From positions 1,199,705 through 1,263,704 of the forward strand of contig DASPLQ010000012.1 of the NCBI GenBank assembly GCA_035627515.1: a stretch of DNA of 64,000 bases. Reading direction: 5' to 3'. The notes beneath the pieces were generated by a model. It saw only the letters and a list, made by a program, of their open reading frames with translations. It had not been told where the DNA came from and searched no databases. Both the position numbers and the translations under genes were made by a program. This DNA is from Vitreimonas sp. Lineage in GTDB: Bacteria > Patescibacteriota > Microgenomatia > UBA1400 > PJMF01. Shown piece after piece: positions 58,198 to 64,000 of the stretch; positions within the stretch are counted from its first letter, which is position 1, and the number at the start of each line of letters is the position of its first letter.

Positions 58198-59888
58198 GAT
58201 TTAAACTTCAGCCGGCGCTGCTGCTTAGCTTTTTCTTTTTCATAAGCCACTAAGTTTAAGTGGTGAGTTTCTAAAAGACCTGCCGCTAATTCTGCACCAG
58301 CATAGTGAGGCAGAACCACATAACTTGCCCCAGCTTGATACAGCGTTTTTGCTTCTGCTAAGGTTTGAGCCATTGGCAAGACAATGGCATTGGGATTTCG
58401 TGCTAAGACGTCTTTAATAATCAATAAGTTAGTAGCCATATCTGGAATCGTTGAAACTACTAAGCGCGGCTTACGAAGGGGAAGTTCTTCCAAAAACTCT
58501 ACGTCACTCGCATCACCATAGCGATAAGGAATCTCAGCCTCGTTCAAGCGTTCAATCGAGCTGGGATTAAAATCAACTACCAGAAAACTCAGATTGAGAT
58601 CTTTGAAGGCTTCACCAAAAATTCTGCCCACCCGATCATATCCAAATAACACTCCTTGATAATCTTCTCCCACCGAGCCTTTTTGAGTGCGTTTTCGTTT
58701 TAGAAGTTCCAGGAGTTGGAGCACTTTCGAAACGTAGGGGTATAACTTTTCCGAGTATAAAATTAAGTAGGTAGAACCGGCAATCGTAATTAGACCCACT
58801 AACGTAATTAATGACATGGTTTGTTGAGATAAGTGACCGACTTGTAAACCTAAACTCGCTAAAATTAATGAAAACTCGCTAATTTGAGCCACCGTCAAAC
58901 CCGCTAAATACCCTGTTTTACGGTTATAACCTAAGGCATTCATCAATAGAATTACAATAATGGGATTGCCCACTAACACAAACAGTGACAACACCACCGC
59001 GGGAATAACAATACTGGCCAAATCATCGAGCACCATTTGCGAGCCCAACAAAATAAAGAACGTCACGATGAAGAAATCACGCAAAGGCTTTAGACGAGAA
59101 GCCATTTCATCAGCATAGGGAGTCATCGAGAGCGTCACACCTGCGATCAAGGCCCCAATTTCAATCGAGAAACCCAAGATATAAAACAAACTAGCCCAAC
59201 CGGTACCCCATGCCAATGAAAACAAGAACAATAACTCCTGAGATTGCGCCAGAAAACGCGTCAAGCGTGGCAAAATGTAGGTACTAATAAGTAATAGCGC
59301 AATCAGTAATCCCACTCCGATACCCATGGTCACCAGCAAAGTCTGAATAAGACTGCCGGACCCAGCTGAGGTCAATACGGTAATACCAATTAGAATTAAC
59401 GTCGCAATGATGTCTTGAACCAGCAAGAACCCAATGGCAATTTTGGCATAGAGCTTTTGAAGATCCTTTTTATCCGCTAGTAACTTCAAAATAATGATCG
59501 TACTGCTGAAAGTCAGGGCTATCGCCACATAGATTGCTGCCACACGATCTAGTCCTAAAAGCATGGTGATGGCAAACCCGATTGAAGCCGTCAACATCAC
59601 CTGTCCCACACCACCAATCACTGACGTGGCACCAACTTCTTTGACAACCTTCGGGTTAAGATGCAACCCAACAATAAACAATAATAAAACAATCCCAATC
59701 TTAGAAAAAAATTCTAGTTCGTGCTGTGACGTCAAAATATTTAAGGCATACGGACCTACCAAAATCCCTGCCAAAATATAGCCTACCACGAGCGGTTGCT
59801 TCAGTAACTTAGTGATGATCGTCACCACTGTAGTCAAAGCTAGTAAAGCGCTAATTTCGAGAAAAATACTCATAGTATTTCTTATCAA
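58194..59888 (-). CDS. monovalent cation:proton antiporter (CPA2, Kef-type) with C-terminal RCK/TrkA-N domain
   Basis: 564 aa. 12-13 TM segments followed by a Rossmann-like RCK domain (VLFGYDRVGRIFGEAF...VVVDFN). Confidence 0.7.
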   Translation of the reverse strand: MIRNTMSIFLEISALLALTTVVTIITKLLKQPLVVGYILAGILVGPYALNILTSQHELEFFSKIGIVLLLFIVGLHLNPKVVKEVGATSVIGGVGQVMLTASIGFAITMLLGLDRVAAIYVAIALTFSSTIIILKLLADKKDLQKLYAKIAIGFLLVQDIIATLILIGITVLTSAGSGSLIQTLLVTMGIGVGLLIALLLISTYILPRLTRFLAQSQELLFLFSLAWGTGWASLFYILGFSIEIGALIAGVTLSMTPYADEMASRLKPLRDFFIVTFFILLGSQMVLDDLASIVIPAVVLSLFVLVGNPIIVILLMNALGYNRKTGYLAGLTVAQISEFSLILASLGLQVGHLSQQTMSLITLVGLITIAGSTYLILYSEKLYPYVSKVLQLLELLKRKRTQKGSVGEDYQGVLFGYDRVGRIFGEAFKDLNLSFLVVDFNPSSIERLNEAEIPYRYGDASDVEFLEELPLRKPRLVVSTIPDMATNLLIIKDVLARNPNAIVLPMAQTLAEAKTLYQAGASYVVLPHYAGAELAAGLLETHHLNLVAYEKEKAKQQRRLKFKS

Positions 59889-59977
59889 TTACTTTTCGAT
59901 CATTCGACAAACTATTTTCAAAGGCATTTTGCCAATTGAAACTCTAGTTAATTACATACCTGCTAGCTGTCTCTAGA

Positions 59978-61309
59978 TTATGCTAAGTATTTCAACCATA
60001 AAATACCAAAAGTAATCAAGGAGTTGATGACAACTAAAGGCATAGCTAGCAACAAATACTTCATAAAATTAATGTGAATTTTTTCTTTTTCTGCTTGGCC
60101 AAAGGCGATCACGTTACAAGCTGCTGCAATAGGTGAACCAAAGCCTCCAATCGAGGTACCTAAATTCAGTGCCCACCACAGTGGATACACCCAAATGCCA
60201 CTCGCTTCCATAGCTTGAATCGCTCCCACCATCGTAATGTTGTAGGGGACGTTATCTATAAAGGTCGATAAAAATCCTGATCCCAGGGAAATCAAAAAGA
60301 GCAAAGCTGTTAAATTACCACCCGTTGCTTCAATTAAGCCTTCTGCAAGTAAAGTAATCACATGAGTAAACTCGAGGGCACCAACAACAACAAATAAACC
60401 CATAAAGAAAAAGATAATTTCCCAATCAATTAAGTTACGAAAGACTTCTCTAGGTTCTTTATGGAAAATTAAAATTGATAAAAAGGAAGCACCAATTGTA
60501 ATAGTGGCATTATCCAAAGTAATGCCGGTGAGTGCGGCAATTCTTTCTTTGAGAACCATTAATAAAATACTAATGACCACCAACGGTACACCCACCTTCA
60601 TGATGTATCTGTTTTGAATGGCTTTCAGTGGCTTAAATAAGGCTACATCACTGGCTTTAACGTGGGCTTTGTTAAGATCATTTCGAAAAACAAAGAGAAT
60701 GTATATTAAACTGACCACACTCAGGATCATCACAATTAAACCCGAGTTCTGCAGCACCTCCATGAATGTCAATCCAACAGTTTTTGCCTGATAATAGGTA
60801 GTAGGGTCAGAGATGGGCGTCATGGCACCACCCAGGTTGGCCATAGTCACAATCGTGAACAAAAAGGGAAGAGCCGGCAACTTAAGCTCTTTAATTAATA
60901 CCAATACTACCGGGGCTAAGATCAGGACGGTGGGAATATTGGAAAAGAATGCTGTCATGAATAACGTTAAGTAACCTAAAGCCACCACTAAATGGGTGGG
61001 TTTACCCTTGACTACTTTCACTAACCCAATTGCAGCTGCCTCAAAAACCCCTGACTCCCGCACAATCCCTACTAACACCATCATTCCTATCACAAACCCG
61101 AGAATATCTAAGTTGTGACTAATAAACTCAAAGGCATTATCCTGCGATGAACCTTCTGCCGATTTAAAAACCTGCATCATGATTAAAGTGACGCCACCCA
61201 GCACAGCAACTAAAGCTTTAGGTAACTTTTCGGTAATCAAAAAAAAGTAAACAATTACTAAAACAAAAATTGAAATTACAGCGTAAGTGGTAAGACCAGC
61301 AAGGAACAT
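59978..61309 (-). CDS. ArsB/NhaD-superfamily ion transporter permease
   Basis: 443 aa, two-repeat multi-TM permease. Confidence 0.45.
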   Translation of the reverse strand: MFLAGLTTYAVISIFVLVIVYFFLITEKLPKALVAVLGGVTLIMMQVFKSAEGSSQDNAFEFISHNLDILGFVIGMMVLVGIVRESGVFEAAAIGLVKVVKGKPTHLVVALGYLTLFMTAFFSNIPTVLILAPVVLVLIKELKLPALPFLFTIVTMANLGGAMTPISDPTTYYQAKTVGLTFMEVLQNSGLIVMILSVVSLIYILFVFRNDLNKAHVKASDVALFKPLKAIQNRYIMKVGVPLVVISILLMVLKERIAALTGITLDNATITIGASFLSILIFHKEPREVFRNLIDWEIIFFFMGLFVVVGALEFTHVITLLAEGLIEATGGNLTALLFLISLGSGFLSTFIDNVPYNITMVGAIQAMEASGIWVYPLWWALNLGTSIGGFGSPIAAACNVIAFGQAEKEKIHINFMKYLLLAMPLVVINSLITFGILWLKYLA

Positions 61310-61333
61310 AGGCAGATTATTCGTAATTAATAA

Positions 61334-61792
61334 TTATTTTTTCACGTCTCTCATTCCGTAATGCAGAGCTTTTTTAATTTCGCTTCTCGTCACGACGCCT
61401 AACAACTTTCCGTCATTGATGACCGGCACGATATATAAATCATTTTTTAAGAAATCTGCAGTTACCGCCATAATATTATCGTCAAGGTCCACGGCTACAA
61501 ACTCTTTGCGCATCACGGTGCTAATTGGTTGATCTTTTAGCTGCTGACACATCTCAGTAAAAAAACCTGGCTTATACATAGCTGCTGCCATACGGATATT
61601 TTTGCGAAATTGCCTGGGCACAGTTGCGGCAGCAATATCTTGAAGTGATAAAATTCCCACCACCTTTTTATTTTTATCAATAATTACTAACGCGTTTACT
61701 TCGTCTTTGAGTAATTCTTCGACCGCCTCATCAATAGTAGCTGTGGCTACCATAGTTTTGGGTCGGGGGTGGTAAATTTCGGAAATGAGCAT
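61334..61792 (-). CDS. CBS-pair domain protein
   Basis: 152 aa with two CBS motifs (VVGILSLQDIAAA; LLGVVTRSEIKKA). Confidence 0.65.
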   Translation of the reverse strand: MLISEIYHPRPKTMVATATIDEAVEELLKDEVNALVIIDKNKKVVGILSLQDIAAATVPRQFRKNIRMAAAMYKPGFFTEMCQQLKDQPISTVMRKEFVAVDLDDNIMAVTADFLKNDLYIVPVINDGKLLGVVTRSEIKKALHYGMRDVKK

Positions 61793-61832
61793 GACTAATT
61801 ATTAGAATAGCCAAATTTCTGAGTAAATTCAA

Positions 61833-62324
61833 TTAGTCATTCAGCCATTCCACATATGTACAACCCGTCGGCTGGCGGAACTCGCGGTCCCACCCGGCTG
61901 TGGAACATTTCTTCATCTTTTTACCTTTGTTAGTGGTAAATAAGACCAGTTTTTCACCACATTGCGGACACTCTTCATCCAGTTGTTCAGTAGTATTACT
62001 CAGCCACTCCACATAATCACAACCCGTAGCCACCATATTTTCTCGGTCCCAACCACCAGTACTACATTTTTTCATTTTCTTTCCGGTGCGGGTGACTTGA
62101 AGTTGCAGTGGCGAACCACATTTAGGACACTTCTCATCTAAGGTTTGTGGTTCATCTTTGAGCCATTTTACGTAGGTACAGCCTTCCACCTGATGTGTCT
62201 CACTATTCCAGGAGCCTTTAGAACACCGCTGGAGCTTTTTACCAGTTTTAGTTTCTTCAGGTGGGTTGAGGGGAGCGCCACATTGTGGACAAAGGTCTGT
62301 AAGTGAAGGTGAAGAATTTGACAT
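61833..62324 (-). CDS. tandem triple zinc-ribbon protein (three C-x2-C...C...GC modules)
   Basis: 163 aa. Three about 50-aa repeats CP(Q/K)CG..L...TGKK(L/M)(Q/K)(R/K)CS.G.W......GC.YV(K/E)WL, each with 4 Cys. Confidence 0.5.
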   Translation of the reverse strand: MSNSSPSLTDLCPQCGAPLNPPEETKTGKKLQRCSKGSWNSETHQVEGCTYVKWLKDEPQTLDEKCPKCGSPLQLQVTRTGKKMKKCSTGGWDRENMVATGCDYVEWLSNTTEQLDEECPQCGEKLVLFTTNKGKKMKKCSTAGWDREFRQPTGCTYVEWLND

Positions 62325-62370
62325 AGCAAGTTAGTGTAAACCTCTTGCGCGCATTTGATAAGATACAGTC

Positions 62371-63645
62371 ATGAAATGGCGAGAAATAATTAACAAAGAG
62401 GAACCAGATAAGGCACCCCAAGATTTTAGTGATTTGGTAAAGTTAAGGTTTGCCAAGAATGAGCCTGTCTTGATCACTGGAGCTAATTTTCCCAACCTTG
62501 TCACACAAAAGCCTGAACTCAAAAGCTCTAGAGACAACCGGCATTTTGCTTACATGTTTGAAACAGAAACAATTCGCTGGAAAAGTATTCTTAGTCTCCC
62601 ACTTGAGAAAGTTAGTTATAGCGAGTTGGTAACTCATCAAAATGTGCTTTACTACCCCTCACAAGAAACTGTTACATTAGCCGGTGAGGATTTACAGCAC
62701 ATTCAAACAGCGAGCTCTCAAGAACGACTGATAGCCAAACAACTTTTTCCTCTTACTAAACATCCTGATTTAAACTTTCCTTCTCCTACTCAAACTACCC
62801 AAGACGGCGTTAACATTGCCTTGAGCTTAAAGTGTGTGCTTGATCTCATGACCAATCGCTATGCTTCTGCTGAGGAACTCATCTCACATTTATTGGAACT
62901 CAACTGTGATATTAGTCTCTTAATTGATAGCTTAAGCTTTATTGTCGCTGAGAAAAAAATTCCTGAATGGCAATCAAGTAGCTCTCATCTGGAACTTCAA
63001 AATTCCCTATCTGAATTTTATGAAGTGGCTGCCGAACTACTGTTGATGTGTGCGCAAGTTTCTTTAACTTTACATAACAAGCCCGGAAAGTTACCCGCCA
63101 CTTTTCCCTATGTACAACGGTATTATGAATCCACATACCCCTCTCTAGAGTTCATTCCGTATATACTTTTTAATCACTTGTTATTCTTAATTGAATTACC
63201 AGGTTTAATTAAAGAAAATAATGAGTTTGAGTGGATTAATATAATTAACTCTACCAAAAAATTAATGGGGGAAAGTGATGCGAGCGAAGATAATTTGGTT
63301 TTCGATGTTGTCCTACTGAAATTACAACAAGAACACCACGTTTATACTAATAGAGAAGTCATGACCCTTTTCCAACACGCAAATGACAAACTTAAAAAAC
63401 AAATTTCTGACCTAGTAGAGTACACTCAATTAGTGAGAAGCCTTTGTATGCGTGTGATTTCCTTTTATTCTAGAAACATGTATCTGCTCAATAAAACAAA
63501 GCAAACCGAAATGCAAGTCCAACAAGCATTATCACACCCTGAATATGCTTTAATGAGGCAAGAAATACTTGATTCTGGCGGTAGAGCTCCACTCAAAGGA
63601 CTACGCATTAAATATCGTCATAGGACGAAGGGTAATAAGATTTAG
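62371..63645 (+). CDS. hypothetical protein
   Basis: 424 aa ORF, divergent from the zinc-ribbon gene. No recognisable motifs. Confidence 0.4.
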   Translation: MKWREIINKEEPDKAPQDFSDLVKLRFAKNEPVLITGANFPNLVTQKPELKSSRDNRHFAYMFETETIRWKSILSLPLEKVSYSELVTHQNVLYYPSQETVTLAGEDLQHIQTASSQERLIAKQLFPLTKHPDLNFPSPTQTTQDGVNIALSLKCVLDLMTNRYASAEELISHLLELNCDISLLIDSLSFIVAEKKIPEWQSSSSHLELQNSLSEFYEVAAELLLMCAQVSLTLHNKPGKLPATFPYVQRYYESTYPSLEFIPYILFNHLLFLIELPGLIKENNEFEWINIINSTKKLMGESDASEDNLVFDVVLLKLQQEHHVYTNREVMTLFQHANDKLKKQISDLVEYTQLVRSLCMRVISFYSRNMYLLNKTKQTEMQVQQALSHPEYALMRQEILDSGGRAPLKGLRIKYRHRTKGNKI

Positions 63646-63699
63646 AAATTACGTACAATTTTAACCAAAGCTTAACTAGCAAAAGAGTATAATAGCCTG

Positions 63700-64000
63700 A
63701 TGCGTGCTATCGAGTCGGTGGTCAAATCACTTAAAGAGTTCACTCAGCTTACAGCCAATAATCTTGGAACTCTCAGAATTCCTGCAAGCCCTCACCACCC
63801 TCGAACTGATAATCCTAACGTGATTACCGATGAAATTCAGCATCTCGGCACATTAAATATGGGTGAATATGACGAGTATCACCAGATTGGCTTTGCGACT
63901 GGCGTCACCACTAACCCCTCACCTCATACTCCGATTCAGGTTGATCATCAGCAATTTTTAAATGCTTTTAACCAGCACTTTCCTCATCAGGATCCAGAAG
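63700..64000 (+). CDS. hypothetical protein, 3' end beyond the window
   Basis: Open frame from ATG 63700 (MRAIESVVKSLKEFTQ...) to the window end. Not in the ORF track because no stop lies within the window. Confidence 0.3.
   Translation, partial: MRAIESVVKSLKEFTQLTANNLGTLRIPASPHHPRTDNPNVITDEIQHLGTLNMGEYDEYHQIGFATGVTTNPSPHTPIQVDHQQFLNAFNQHFPHQDPE

Overview
The window is a 64-kb chromosomal segment of a compact bacterial genome. It uses standard stop codons (TGA is the prs stop), has roughly 40-45% GC, and is read mostly in one direction. Housekeeping genes: the 3' end of the F1 ATP synthase operon (atpA C-terminus, atpG, atpD, atpC), greA, a class-I lysyl-tRNA synthetase with an extra C-terminal B3/4-like domain, serS, secA, prs, riboflavin kinase, archaeal-type proS preceded by a Trbp111-like tRNA-binding protein, rpsU, eno and pyk. 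A response regulator - large membrane histidine kinase - response regulator triplet is followed by a type IV pilus locus. That locus has pilB, pilC, four prepilin-type proteins (one 597 aa with WNGSSW repeats), a PilN/O-like membrane protein and a canonical major pilin with a strong terminator. An RND pump, membrane fusion protein and GT39/83-like membrane transferase lie divergent from a marR gene with a perfect palindromic operator. tRNA-Arg(TCT) and tRNA-His(GTG, with encoded G-1) bracket an orphan gene. They are followed by an AT-rich accessory stretch (about 45.4-48.4 kb) encoding Nudix, VOC and an HExxH zincin-like protein. After that comes a run of small DUF, stress and secreted proteins, ion transporters (CaCA, Kef, ArsB/NhaD), murJ, and a tandem triple zinc-ribbon protein. 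The findings worth following up: two T-box-like leaders (upstream of serS and of the Trbp111-proS operon); the LysRS-B3/4 fusion; the giant repeat-bearing pilin; the tRNA-flanked orphan with the adjacent AT-rich HExxH island; and the triple zinc-ribbon protein. Gene content (class-I LysRS, archaeal-type ProRS, many pilins, histone-H1-like Lys-rich proteins, small proteins) suggests a reduced-genome lineage such as CPR/Patescibacteria, but I cannot establish that from sequence alone. I found no CRISPR array, integrase or transposase.
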